In this document: piece by piece, positions 26,390-35,927 of the stretch
How the letters are laid out: the number at the start of each line of letters is the position of its first letter
Numbering within the stretch: position 1 is the stretch's first letter
Assembly: GCA_945787735.1 (NCBI GenBank)
Contig: CALZIQ010000004.1
Coordinates: forward strand, 2,075 to 66,074
Source of the DNA: an uncultured Chromatiaceae bacterium
GTDB taxonomy: Bacteria > Pseudomonadota > Gammaproteobacteria > Tenderiales > Tenderiaceae
Direction: 5' to 3'
DNA length: 64,000 nt
Position numbers and translations under genes: made by a program
The notes under the pieces: generated by a model
Databases searched by the model: none
Seen by the model: only the letters and a program-made list of their open reading frames with translations
Told to the model about the DNA's origin: nothing

Positions 26390-29300
26390 GTCTTGCTTTG
26401 GGTGAAAAATTAAAAATACGTTCCATGATTTATGTGGCGGCAGAGCCCGTGCCGTTTTTTTGGCCTATGCGGTCTTTTATTCATCACAACCCATTGCACG
26501 GCCTGGAACACCTGCCTTTCGATGAGGCGGTGAAGAAGGGGGCTAAGATATTTCATGGGCGTAGTTTTCTGCCTCGCCGTATTTATCAAAACTACCTGGC
26601 ACAAGGCAAGGTTGATCGGGCAAAACTCGAATCTATTGTTGCCTCTTTTGTGAATTCACGCCCAAGTATTCCGGGTGTAGATTTGCAGCGTTTGCTTATG
26701 AGTATGCTCACAGAATGCGAAACTCCGGTGATGCTTGCAAGCGATTTTGCCGATGCCAACGATGTTCAAGCCGCCTTGTCAGGTGCAGCGCTCTCAGATC
26801 TTACTAGGCTCACACCTGACTTTCTCGTTGAACGATTGCGTGAACAGTTGTTGGGTGACCGGCCGATTTATGAATCAGTTGATGCGCTTTACGGCACGGG
26901 GATCGGTGCTGATCTAGATGAGCTGGTCATAAAAAGTTGTCTCGACTTTTTTGATGAAGGCCAGTCAGTTTGGTCTATGCCAAAACGCAAGCGTGGCTTT
27001 TTTGCTGCCTGGAGCGAAGTTGCACGTAGAAACGTAAGATTATTCCTGCGTGGACTTCATATCAATGAAATACTCGCTGTTGATGATAGTCCTGAAGGTA
27101 TTATCAGTTATGTTATGAAAGTTTTGGGAATACCGGAGCAATACTGGACCAGTTATTTTACCCGTGAGCTCTCTCGTTTGCATGGTTGGGCAGGATTTAT
27201 CCGTTGGCGTTCAAATTCACAGCATTATTATTGGAGTAAAAAGTACCCCGGCGACCTTGTCGATTTCATGGCGATTCGAATGACACTTGCCCTGGCATTG
27301 TTACAAGAGCGCGGAAAGCACCAAATTGCATACACCAACAGTACGATTAATTCAGTCATTGAAACGCAAACAGAGGCAATCTATCTGGGCCATGAGTTCC
27401 ACAGTAGAGAGATTCTGCCTGCAATGGCTCATAAAGTAGAGATGGCGTTGTCGAGCAAATCTGAGCAACACCTTACGCAAATATTCCATGAATACATCCA
27501 GAAGAAACGCGTGCATGAAGCAACGCGTCAGGCTCAACGTCTGCACGACCTGGCGCAACGTGTTGGCAAGCTCAAAGAAGTGGAGCAGCTGTCAAGTGAG
27601 GATTTTTTGCAGTTGTTGGCATCTCTACGTGAATTTGAAAAACGTGAAGGCATGTGTTGGCTGCATGGCATGGAAGAACATGCCATGCAGCGTTTAATCA
27701 AGGATATAAAGCTTACCCCGCCAATAGAACGGGAAAAACGTCCCTTTGTGCAGATGCTGTTTTGCATTGATACACGTTCAGAGCGTATTCGACGCAATTT
27801 GGAGAGTGTTGGTGATTACCAGACCTTTGGTATTGCAGGTTTCTTTGGTGTGCCGGTGAGTTTCATGGAGCTGGGTAAAGGTAGCGAAAGTCATCTTTGC
27901 CCCGTCATACTTACCCCCAAAAACCTGGTGTTGGAAGTCAGCACCTCAGGCCAGACAGAAGACGCTGCTGCGTTGACTGCGTTGGAAAAGGCTTTGCATG
28001 AACTGAAAGAGTCGGTTTTGACGCCTTTCGTCACAGTAGAAGCAATCGGGCTATTGTTCGGCCTCGATATGATAGGTAAAACCATTGCGCCCAAAAGCTA
28101 CAATAATTGGCGCAAACGATTTAGTCATACTAAACCACCAACATTGTTGTTAATCGATAAGTTGAGTCGTGAGCAAGCAGACTCCGTGGTGCGTACAGTC
28201 CAACGTGCAGTCATCATAAAAGCGGTGGAACAGGAGCTCGAATTTAAGCCTGAAAATATTACCGATGACATTATTCGTGGATTACGCGAGTGCGCCCTTG
28301 GCAATTCTAAAGAATACGCCGGGCTTGCTGAGTCGCTAGGCATTGAACAGTCTCGTACCGAAGTGCTTGTGCAACGCTTACGTGATGCTTACCGAATCAA
28401 TAAGTCATTTGCCCAGGTACAAATGGAACAGCTTGGTCGCATCGGTTTTACACTGGATGAGCAAACTAACTTTGTCGCTCAGGCGCTTAGCGCCATTGGC
28501 CTGACCAAAGGCTTTTCTCGTTTTATATTAATCGTCGGCCATGGCAGTAGCTCGGAAAACAATCCCTATGAATCCGCGCTTGATTGCGGTGCGTGTGGTG
28601 GTAATCACGGTCTTGTGAGTGCTAAAGTTATCGCCCAAATGGCGAACAAGCCCGAAGTGCGCTCACGTCTGCGAAGAAAGGGTATCGATATTCCCGATGA
28701 TGCCTATTTCATGCCTGCACTGCACAATACAACCACAGATGAGATACAGATGTTTGATCTCGACCAAATGCCGCCTTCACATCTGTTCTATCTCGATCGT
28801 CTGCGTAATGGTCTAACGTCTGCATCACACTTATGCGCCCAGGAACGTTTGCCCAGCTTACAGCCTCAAGCGGCTTCTACTGATGCTACAAAAGCCTTTC
28901 TTGAGGCGCGGCGAAACTCGCTGGATTGGTCCCAGGTGCGGCCTGAATGGGGCTTGTCGCGCAACGCCTATTTTATTATCGGGCGCCGCGACTTGACCGA
29001 GCAATCGGCGCTGGATGGCCGGGCTTTTCTTCACTCATACGACTACCGGGTCGACCCAAAACGTCGTCTATTAGAAAATATTATCACCGGTCCACTGGTC
29101 GTTGGTCAGTGGATTAATATGGAGCATTATTTTTCCGCTGTAGACAACGAATGCTTCGGCAGCGGCAGTAAGGCATACCATAATGTTGCTGGCCGTTTTG
29201 GCGTCATGACCGGTAACCTGAGCGATCTGCGAACTGGTTTACCATCACAGACCGTGCTTGATCAGGGCCTGCCTTATCATGAGCCAATTCGACTCATAAC

Positions 29301-29508
29301 TGTCGTAGAGGCACCTTTTGAACATGCTAAAAGCGCAATAGAGTCTGTTGTTACAGTCAAGTATTTGGTACGAAATGGCTGGATTCGATTAATGGTGGTA
29401 GATCCGGAAACAGCAAAAATTTACACATATGAAGATGATGCATGGCACAGTCGTCCGCATGCAGACATCTGTGAAAGCGAATTACCTAAGGAGTCTTGCG
29501 TATCATGA
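26386..29508 (+). CDS. dabA: DabA: DUF2309-family protein, beta-carbonic-anhydrase-like cytoplasmic subunit of the DAB pump
   Basis: 1040 aa from the ATG at 26386. Contains 'FIHHNPLHGLEHLPF', 'FCIDTRSERIRR', 'GHGSSSENNPYESALDCGACGGNHG', 'VRPEWGLSRNAYFIIG' and 'HNVAGRFGVMTGNLSDLRTGLPSQTV'. The track start at 26221 overlaps the previous gene by 169 nt. Confidence 0.9.
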   Translation: MSLALGEKLKIRSMIYVAAEPVPFFWPMRSFIHHNPLHGLEHLPFDEAVKKGAKIFHGRSFLPRRIYQNYLAQGKVDRAKLESIVASFVNSRPSIPGVDLQRLLMSMLTECETPVMLASDFADANDVQAALSGAALSDLTRLTPDFLVERLREQLLGDRPIYESVDALYGTGIGADLDELVIKSCLDFFDEGQSVWSMPKRKRGFFAAWSEVARRNVRLFLRGLHINEILAVDDSPEGIISYVMKVLGIPEQYWTSYFTRELSRLHGWAGFIRWRSNSQHYYWSKKYPGDLVDFMAIRMTLALALLQERGKHQIAYTNSTINSVIETQTEAIYLGHEFHSREILPAMAHKVEMALSSKSEQHLTQIFHEYIQKKRVHEATRQAQRLHDLAQRVGKLKEVEQLSSEDFLQLLASLREFEKREGMCWLHGMEEHAMQRLIKDIKLTPPIEREKRPFVQMLFCIDTRSERIRRNLESVGDYQTFGIAGFFGVPVSFMELGKGSESHLCPVILTPKNLVLEVSTSGQTEDAAALTALEKALHELKESVLTPFVTVEAIGLLFGLDMIGKTIAPKSYNNWRKRFSHTKPPTLLLIDKLSREQADSVVRTVQRAVIIKAVEQELEFKPENITDDIIRGLRECALGNSKEYAGLAESLGIEQSRTEVLVQRLRDAYRINKSFAQVQMEQLGRIGFTLDEQTNFVAQALSAIGLTKGFSRFILIVGHGSSSENNPYESALDCGACGGNHGLVSAKVIAQMANKPEVRSRLRRKGIDIPDDAYFMPALHNTTTDEIQMFDLDQMPPSHLFYLDRLRNGLTSASHLCAQERLPSLQPQAASTDATKAFLEARRNSLDWSQVRPEWGLSRNAYFIIGRRDLTEQSALDGRAFLHSYDYRVDPKRRLLENIITGPLVVGQWINMEHYFSAVDNECFGSGSKAYHNVAGRFGVMTGNLSDLRTGLPSQTVLDQGLPYHEPIRLITVVEAPFEHAKSAIESVVTVKYLVRNGWIRLMVVDPETAKIYTYEDDAWHSRPHADICESELPKESCVS

Positions 29509-29831
29509 AAAACCTGAACTTAAGTCTGCTCAAGAAAGTTGAAATAATCCTGGAAGGTGAACACAAAAGATTTGTCACTGATCTGCTGGATCGTGCAGGT
29601 GTTACAGGTTACACGATTGTCAATAACCTCTCAGGTAAGGGTGGTCACGGTTTTCATGAAGGGCACCTTATGTTTAATGAGGATGACGTGTTAATCATGA
29701 TTATCGCAGCCGTTCCTGAAGATCTTGTTGATCCAATCTTAGAGGGGCTGGCGCCCTTCTTCAGCGAACACTCAGGTGTTGTCTTTCTGTCGGACATACA
29801 AGTGACGCGAATGGTGAAATTTCGTGTATAA
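29505..29831 (+). CDS. PII-like protein (carboxysome-associated CPII-like) coupled to dabA
   Basis: 108 aa from the ATG at 29505, which overlaps the dabA TGA (ATGA). 'GVTGYTIVNNLSGKGGHGFH' parallels the SbtB-like paralog. Confidence 0.65.
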   Translation: MKNLNLSLLKKVEIILEGEHKRFVTDLLDRAGVTGYTIVNNLSGKGGHGFHEGHLMFNEDDVLIMIIAAVPEDLVDPILEGLAPFFSEHSGVVFLSDIQVTRMVKFRV

Positions 29832-30184
29832 CTGCAGTGAGGAAATGTTTTAGAGTGTAGTTCTTTGCTTTGGGATGAATTTGAAGCTGGTCTATAAAGA
29901 ATGTTTTATATAGTCAACGCTTTTTGATCACTCATGATACTCAGTATTGCCGAACCTCAACTTGCCCAAGGAAATAGTATCGAATTGTTAGCGCTGCCAG
30001 AAACCTTGGTTGTAACGGCATGATGCTGGCCACCTCTAACAAAGACTTGCTCGATAATATTGAACTACACGCGAAGCCGTTGAGGTGGTATATAGCTGCG
30101 GTGTGCCGGTTATGGGGCAGCTTAAGGGGTGCGCTAAGCTCGATATCTGAGGTTGGATTTATCATTTTCCAGCACTATGTTGGC

Positions 30185-30433
30185 TTAAGATTGCTCGTCT
30201 AATGAGCGCTTGATTCTGGCTTTGGCTTGGTCGGAAAGGTGGAGTTCAGCCATATTTTCGATGTGGTCTTCTATTATTGGTGCTGTGCGATGTAAAAACG
30301 CCAACTGCCGGGCATAGTTGCGGCATAAATGACACATCATCAAATGTAATTTGAGCGAGATTCGCCGCCCCAGACTGAGTTTGCTGTCCAGGTTGTGCGA
30401 AACCAATTCAGTGGCTTGTTTGCAGTTCATCAT
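30185..30433 (-). CDS. Anti-sigma factor, zf-HC2 type
   Basis: Starts 'MMNCKQATELVS' and carries 'HLMMCHLCRNY' (H-x3-C-x2-C). The ATG at 30433 lies 13 nt after the sigma stop. The track start at 30475 would overlap the sigma gene by 29 nt. Confidence 0.65.
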   Translation of the reverse strand: MMNCKQATELVSHNLDSKLSLGRRISLKLHLMMCHLCRNYARQLAFLHRTAPIIEDHIENMAELHLSDQAKARIKRSLDEQS

Positions 30434-30446
30434 CTCACTAGTTAGC

Positions 30447-31031
30447 CTAAATTTTGCCAAACCATTGTTGTTCAAGGCATTGTCTCAGGCGCATGCGCAT
30501 CCTCGATAACATTGTCCACAGATTATTGGTCGAAGATAAATCCATTTCCTTACAGATGGTGTCGCTATCCAGGCCGTCGATTTCGCGCAGAATAAACAGG
30601 GTTGCCATGCGCTTGGGAAGGCGAGCCACACAATCCTGCAGGGTTTGCCAGAACTGTTGCTGTTCGAGACTGGCGTCGGGGTTATTCCAGCGATTGACGT
30701 CGATTTTCCAGTGGCCTTTTCCATCAAAACTTTCGTTCTGGATCTCATCGAGGCTCTGGAGGGATTCATCATAAGGCTGTTCGCGCACTGCCTTGCGAAG
30801 GTAATCGACGATTTTATGCTTCAGAATGCCAATCATCCAGGTCTTTTCGGCGGAGTTGCCGGCAAAACGCTCATGGGCTTTGAGTGCGGCGAGGAAGGTT
30901 TCCTGCACCAGTTCTTCAGCCAACATTTCGTCACGCAAGCGAAAATAGGCGTGGCGATAGAGGGCATCTCCATAGAGATCCGGCCAGTTGCAGGGGTCCG
31001 AGCGCATTGTCATGGGGTTACTTTTTATCAC
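30447..31031 (-). CDS. ECF (RpoE-like) sigma-70 family factor
   Basis: 194-aa ORF with region 2 'AEELVQETFLAALK' and region 4 'LPKRMATLFILREIDGLDSDTICKEMDLSSTNNLWTMLSRMRMRL'. Confidence 0.85.
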   Translation of the reverse strand: MIKSNPMTMRSDPCNWPDLYGDALYRHAYFRLRDEMLAEELVQETFLAALKAHERFAGNSAEKTWMIGILKHKIVDYLRKAVREQPYDESLQSLDEIQNESFDGKGHWKIDVNRWNNPDASLEQQQFWQTLQDCVARLPKRMATLFILREIDGLDSDTICKEMDLSSTNNLWTMLSRMRMRLRQCLEQQWFGKI

Positions 31032-31141
31032 AAATGTGGAGCCCCCGCGATATTGGCCGATTTCATATAGGGGGTAGCTGTGGCTTGGCTATGTTAAAAT
31101 CCGATCAGTTAGGTCTTTAAGTTACGGTTGAGGTAAGGTTC

Positions 31142-33031
31142 GTGGAGTTGGGTGGTAAATTCAGATATTTTTGCAGTGCTGTGTTGGCCACGTTGGTGCT
31201 CCTGCTTGCCGCATGTAATCATCAGGACGACAACAGTTTCAGAAGCCTTAACCTTGAAGCCACAGCCACCGGCGCTGTAGATGCCGCCGAGCAAACCCTT
31301 AAGGTGCTGGTGGTGGGGGATTCGGTATCTCCCAGGTTGTCTGGGTTTTTGAATGGTAAGAACTTTGAGATAGATACGAATCCCTATGTCATCGAAACAA
31401 CTGACGTGCCGTATGCTTCTTATAAAGCGGCTGCCGTGGATATGGATGGCGATTACATCGTCTGGAGCGATGACAGGAATGGTAACTCTGATATATTCGG
31501 TTATCAAATTTCCACAGGGACAGAGTTTGTCATCAGCACAGCGGCTGGAGATCAGCTGTCTCCCAGGGTTTCAGGCGATTATGTCGTGTGGCAGGACAGT
31601 CGCAACGGCAATGCCGATGTCTATGCCTATCAGCTCTCTAGCACGACCGAGATTACTGTAACTACCGCCAACCGTAACCAACGTTTCCCCCAGGTCGATG
31701 GTGATTATGTCGTATGGCAGGACGAGCGCAACAGCGATGCAGAGATCTTTGCGTATCAATTTTCCACTGCGACCGAGTTGCAGGTTTCCAGTCTGAGTGG
31801 CGACCAGTGGACCCCCCAAGTTGCCGGGGATTACATCGTTTGGCGGTCATATGAAAACGGTTTCACCGATATTTATGGTTATCGTATCTCCACTGCTACT
31901 CAGTTCGCCATTAGCCAAGCCAGTGGCAGTCAATTTCAGCCAGCCTTGTCAGACAAGTATGTGGCCTGGGTCGATAATCGCAACGGCAATGATGATATTT
32001 ATGCCTATGAGTTGGCCACTGGGCAAGAGTTGTTAATCAGCAACGCGGCCGGGGAACAATTATCGCCACAGGTTTCAAACGACTATGTGGTTTGGCAAGA
32101 CAACCGCAATGGTGATTTCGATATCTATGCTTACCACTTTGCCAGTGCAAGTGAGATTGAAGTTTCAAGGGTCAATGGTTTACAGGCTTTTCCAAATATT
32201 CGGGATGACTACATTGTTTGGCAGGATTCCCGTGATGGGAACAACGACGTTTATGCTTATCGGCTATCGACAGCACAAGAGCTTAGAATTACCGATCATG
32301 TCACTGCACAAAGTCGCCCGGTGGTGAGTGGCGACAATTTTGCCTGGCTCGATGGTCGTCGCGGTCTAGTGGATGTGATGTTTCGCCAGGGTGCTACAGG
32401 GCAGGATCTGCTGGCCACTACCAATTTGGAAACCCCGGCAGGGGCAGTAAACCTGCTGGCTGCAGATGACTACGAGCTGATAATTCTGGGTAGTAATGTT
32501 TTTTCGGATGAGGTGGTGCTGGATCTATTTGATGCTGCCCTGGCTGAAAAAGTAAATGTTTTAGGCCTGGGCGGTACCGGCATCTCCTTAGCCAGCGCCC
32601 TGGCAGGTGCGGGGCGCTATGGTATCAGCACGACACCTGCGAGCGGCTGTTCACCTACCGAAGTGGTGTCCGGAAGCCAGGCAGTGGCACTGCACCCAGT
32701 TTTTGCCGGGTTGAATATAAGCGATGTGTTAACGCTGGAAAGCGAAGCTGCTGTGACGAAAGACGAGCTGGCCATTGAGACCGATGCCAGTGACAGCGCT
32801 AGTCCGGCCGACTGGCTGGTGATGGCCACATTTAGCGGCAATATGTGCAATGCCGCTAAACCGGCCCTGGTTGAATTCACCGGTGGCAACAACACCGCTA
32901 TCTTGCTGGATGGCAGCGCCAATGTGGCGGATGATTACCTTTACTGGAGTGCCAACCATTGGACGCTGTTCACCAACGAGGTGACCCATCTGCTTACTCG
33001 TGCGGTCAGCAGAGATTTGTCAGAACAGTAA
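31142..33031 (+). CDS. Lipoprotein with an 8-bladed beta-propeller built from 42-aa 'GDY(V/I)VWQD.RNGN.D(I/V)YAY' repeats plus a roughly 190-aa C-terminal domain
   Basis: 629-aa ORF with a GTG start and lipobox 'LLLAAC'. It has seven clear repeats and one degenerate one, and is divergent from the ECF sigma operon. Confidence 0.7.
   Translation: MELGGKFRYFCSAVLATLVLLLAACNHQDDNSFRSLNLEATATGAVDAAEQTLKVLVVGDSVSPRLSGFLNGKNFEIDTNPYVIETTDVPYASYKAAAVDMDGDYIVWSDDRNGNSDIFGYQISTGTEFVISTAAGDQLSPRVSGDYVVWQDSRNGNADVYAYQLSSTTEITVTTANRNQRFPQVDGDYVVWQDERNSDAEIFAYQFSTATELQVSSLSGDQWTPQVAGDYIVWRSYENGFTDIYGYRISTATQFAISQASGSQFQPALSDKYVAWVDNRNGNDDIYAYELATGQELLISNAAGEQLSPQVSNDYVVWQDNRNGDFDIYAYHFASASEIEVSRVNGLQAFPNIRDDYIVWQDSRDGNNDVYAYRLSTAQELRITDHVTAQSRPVVSGDNFAWLDGRRGLVDVMFRQGATGQDLLATTNLETPAGAVNLLAADDYELIILGSNVFSDEVVLDLFDAALAEKVNVLGLGGTGISLASALAGAGRYGISTTPASGCSPTEVVSGSQAVALHPVFAGLNISDVLTLESEAAVTKDELAIETDASDSASPADWLVMATFSGNMCNAAKPALVEFTGGNNTAILLDGSANVADDYLYWSANHWTLFTNEVTHLLTRAVSRDLSEQ
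31448..32455 (+). repeat. Tandem 126-nt (42-codon) coding repeats, 7 clear plus 1 degenerate
   Basis: Blades start at residues 103, 145, 187, 229, 271, 313, 355 and 397 of the lipoprotein. The periodicity was read directly from the translation. Confidence 0.8.
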
Positions 33032-33032
33032 G

Positions 33033-34463
33033 TTATTCTCCGCGCAGGCCGAAAATCCTTTTAATCCATTTTTTTGCGCTTGGGGTCAGTCCTTCCTTCA
33101 TACGGGCATCGGCAACACGGCGGTTGATCTGGGCCAGGGTTGGGTAGATGTGAATGACACTCGATAGGTCTGATGCCTTCATGCCCTTGGCAATCGCCAG
33201 CACATATTCATGAATCAGCTCACCGGCATGCGGGCCGACGATCGCCGCACCCAACAACTTGCCCTTGGGTGAGGTGATGATCTTGGCAAAACCTTCGCTG
33301 GTGCCGTCGGCGCGGGCCCGGTCCATATCTTGAAAGGGAAAGGTGTAAGCCTTGTGGGCGATGCCCTGTTCCTTAGCCTCGGTTTCGGACAAGCCGACAC
33401 GGGCCAGTTCAGGGTCGCAGAAGGTAGCCCAGGGGATGACCTTTTGTTCCACCTTTGCCGGCAGACGAAAGATGGCATTGCGCAGCACTACGCCGGCATG
33501 GTGCTCGGCCATGTGAGTAAACTGTGGGCCGCCTGCCACATCACCGGCGACAAAGATGCGTTTGTTCGTAGTACGCAGGCGGGTATCGCTGATGATGCGG
33601 CCATTGTGCAGTTCAACACCGGCGGCCTTCAGGCCCAAATTCTCCACATTGGCCCGACGTCCGGCAGCCACCAGCAGATGGCTGGCATTAATGCTTTTCT
33701 CATTGCCGTGTGCATCCTTGAGCAATAGACGGATATCGCCCGCGCTGCCTTCAACACGTACAGTGCTGTGGCCAGTGAGAATCTCAATGCCTTCGTTTTT
33801 AAGCTGTTCAGCCACCACGGCGGCCATATCGGCATCTTCGCGTGGCAAAATTTGAGTATCACGCTGGATCACATAGACCTTGCTGCCGAGCCGCTCAAAG
33901 GCCTGAGCCATTTCGATGCCGATGGGTCCGCCGCCGATGACGATCAGGCTGGGCACCGGCTCTCTAAGATCAAATACCTGCTCGTTGGTCAGATAAGGCG
34001 TGTTCTCTATGCCATCGATGGCGGGCACGGCGGCACGCGAGCCGGTGGCGATGACAAAGTGTTTTGCCCTGATTTCGCGACCGTCGACGCTAAAGGAGTT
34101 AGGCCCGGTGAATTGACCGCCGCCCAGGATGACGTCTACTCCCAGTTCGCGAAAACGCTCGGGGCTGTCGTGGGGTTCGATGCTTTTGATCACTGCCGCT
34201 ACCCGTTCCATCACGGTGCTGATGTCTGGGTTTGGGTTGTGGGCTGGAATGGCGGAACGCTCGGCCGTTCGCATGGTATGGGCTACCATCGCCGACTTCA
34301 ACAGGGTTTTGCTCGGGACACAGCCATAATGAAGGCAGTCACCGCCCATTTTGTGTTTCTCTACCAAGGCCACTTTGGCGCCGAGTGAGGCCCCGCCGGC
34401 GGCCACCACCAGTCCGGCAGCGCCGCCGCCGATGATACATATATCGAATTCTGGGTTGTTCAT
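33033..34463 (-). CDS. Class I pyridine nucleotide-disulfide oxidoreductase (dihydrolipoyl dehydrogenase / mercuric-reductase-like family)
   Basis: 476-aa ORF with 'DICIIGGGAAGLVVA' and the redox-active 'GGDCLHYGCVPSK'. Confidence 0.8.
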   Translation of the reverse strand: MNNPEFDICIIGGGAAGLVVAAGGASLGAKVALVEKHKMGGDCLHYGCVPSKTLLKSAMVAHTMRTAERSAIPAHNPNPDISTVMERVAAVIKSIEPHDSPERFRELGVDVILGGGQFTGPNSFSVDGREIRAKHFVIATGSRAAVPAIDGIENTPYLTNEQVFDLREPVPSLIVIGGGPIGIEMAQAFERLGSKVYVIQRDTQILPREDADMAAVVAEQLKNEGIEILTGHSTVRVEGSAGDIRLLLKDAHGNEKSINASHLLVAAGRRANVENLGLKAAGVELHNGRIISDTRLRTTNKRIFVAGDVAGGPQFTHMAEHHAGVVLRNAIFRLPAKVEQKVIPWATFCDPELARVGLSETEAKEQGIAHKAYTFPFQDMDRARADGTSEGFAKIITSPKGKLLGAAIVGPHAGELIHEYVLAIAKGMKASDLSSVIHIYPTLAQINRRVADARMKEGLTPSAKKWIKRIFGLRGE

Positions 34464-34667
34464 GACAGTCCGTTTTTAATTAACTAATTGTTTCGATTGG
34501 TGAGTTTGACATGAGTTTGGTCGAGGTAGTGTATATTTCCTTACAAGCAGAATATTCGTGTCTATTAATTCGCTATAATCAGCTAATATTTTCAGACAAC
34601 AAGGCCGATCTGTTAGATACGGAGATTAAATGACAATGATGAACGGAACCTCATACAAAAGGGGGCC

Positions 34668-35882
34668 TTGGTGTCACTGAAACGTAACGATGGGATAAAA
34701 CCCACCAACATCGATGCGCTGCTCAAAATCATGGTTGAAGAGCAGGCCTCTGACCTGTTCATTACTGTGGGCATGCCGCCCAGTCTAAAAGTAAATGGTA
34801 ATGTACGGACATTGTCGGAACGGTGCTTAAGCGCCGAACAGGTTGAAGCGCACGTCTACAGTGTGATGACGCCGGATCAGGCACAGGATTTCGAAGAGAT
34901 GCTGGAGTCCAATTTCGCCATCAACAAAGGCCGTGTCGGCCGTTTTCGAGTCAACGTGTTTCAACAACAAAATGAAGTCGGCATGGTAATCCGGCGCATC
35001 AATATGCAGATTCCCACGGTGGAAGAGCTACAGCTGCCCACACAGCTGAAAGACCTTGCGATGAACAAGCGCGGCCTAGTTCTGGTAGTAGGTGCCACCG
35101 GTTCGGGTAAGTCCACCACACTGGCCGCATTGGTCGGACACCGCAATCAGTACAGCCATGGCCATATTGTCACGGTTGAGGATCCTGTCGAGTTTGTCCA
35201 TATTCATCGAGGTTGCATCGTGACCCAGCGCGAGGTCGGTATCGATACGCATAGCTATGAGGCGGCGTTGAAAAATACCCTGCGCCAAGCGCCAGACGTG
35301 ATCATGATTGGTGAAATTCGCAGCCGCGAAACCATGGAACATGCCATTGCCTTTGCCGAAACAGGCCATCTGGTGTTGTCCACCCTGCATGCCAATAATG
35401 CCTCTCAGGCGCTTGATCGCATCATCAATTTCTTTCCTGATGAACGCCGTTCACAGCTGTTGATGGATTTATCACTACAGCTCAAGGCTGTGGTGGCCCA
35501 GCGGTTGATCCCGTGTGCTAACGGCAAGCAGCGTCGTGTTGCGGTGGAAGTGTTGCAGAATACGCCATTGGTGTCTGATCTAATCCTGCGCGGTGAAACT
35601 AACCTATTACGTGATGTGATGAAGAAATCGAATCAGCAGGGCATGAAGACCTTCGATCAAGCCCTCTTCGATCTCTACAACAAGGGACATATCAGCCTCG
35701 ACGATGCCATTATGTATGCCGATTCAGCCAACGAGGTCAGGTTGATGATTAAGCTTGGCGGCAAACTCGATCCGGGTGATTTGGCCTCAGCCATGCAAGG
35801 TGTCACCTACGATGGGGCGGGTAGCGAAGATGATGGGAACCAGGTGCTCCTGCATCATGCCCGGCCACACAAGAAGCGCTAG
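34668..35882 (+). CDS. pilU: Type IV pilus retraction ATPase PilU
   Basis: Contains 'LLKIMVEEQASDLFITVGMPPSLKVNG' and Walker A 'GATGSGKST'. The start is uncertain because the GTG at 34668 may be an extension. Confidence 0.8.
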   Translation: MVSLKRNDGIKPTNIDALLKIMVEEQASDLFITVGMPPSLKVNGNVRTLSERCLSAEQVEAHVYSVMTPDQAQDFEEMLESNFAINKGRVGRFRVNVFQQQNEVGMVIRRINMQIPTVEELQLPTQLKDLAMNKRGLVLVVGATGSGKSTTLAALVGHRNQYSHGHIVTVEDPVEFVHIHRGCIVTQREVGIDTHSYEAALKNTLRQAPDVIMIGEIRSRETMEHAIAFAETGHLVLSTLHANNASQALDRIINFFPDERRSQLLMDLSLQLKAVVAQRLIPCANGKQRRVAVEVLQNTPLVSDLILRGETNLLRDVMKKSNQQGMKTFDQALFDLYNKGHISLDDAIMYADSANEVRLMIKLGGKLDPGDLASAMQGVTYDGAGSEDDGNQVLLHHARPHKKR

Positions 35883-35896
35883 GTGCAAGTATTAAA

Positions 35897-35927
35897 CAAA
35901 AAGGCCGCTTATCTGCGGCCTTTTTTA
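35897..35927. terminator. Bidirectional rho-independent terminator between convergent pilU and pyrC'
   Basis: AAAAA GGCCGC ttatct GCGGCC TTTTTT. The T-tract overlaps the pyrC' stop codon. Confidence 0.7.

Noticed and set aside
33768-34388. 206-aa + strand ORF opposite the pyridine nucleotide-disulfide oxidoreductase.
   Set aside because: It is a shadow ORF in a GC-rich gene. The minus-strand product has clear FAD/NAD and CxxxxC motifs.
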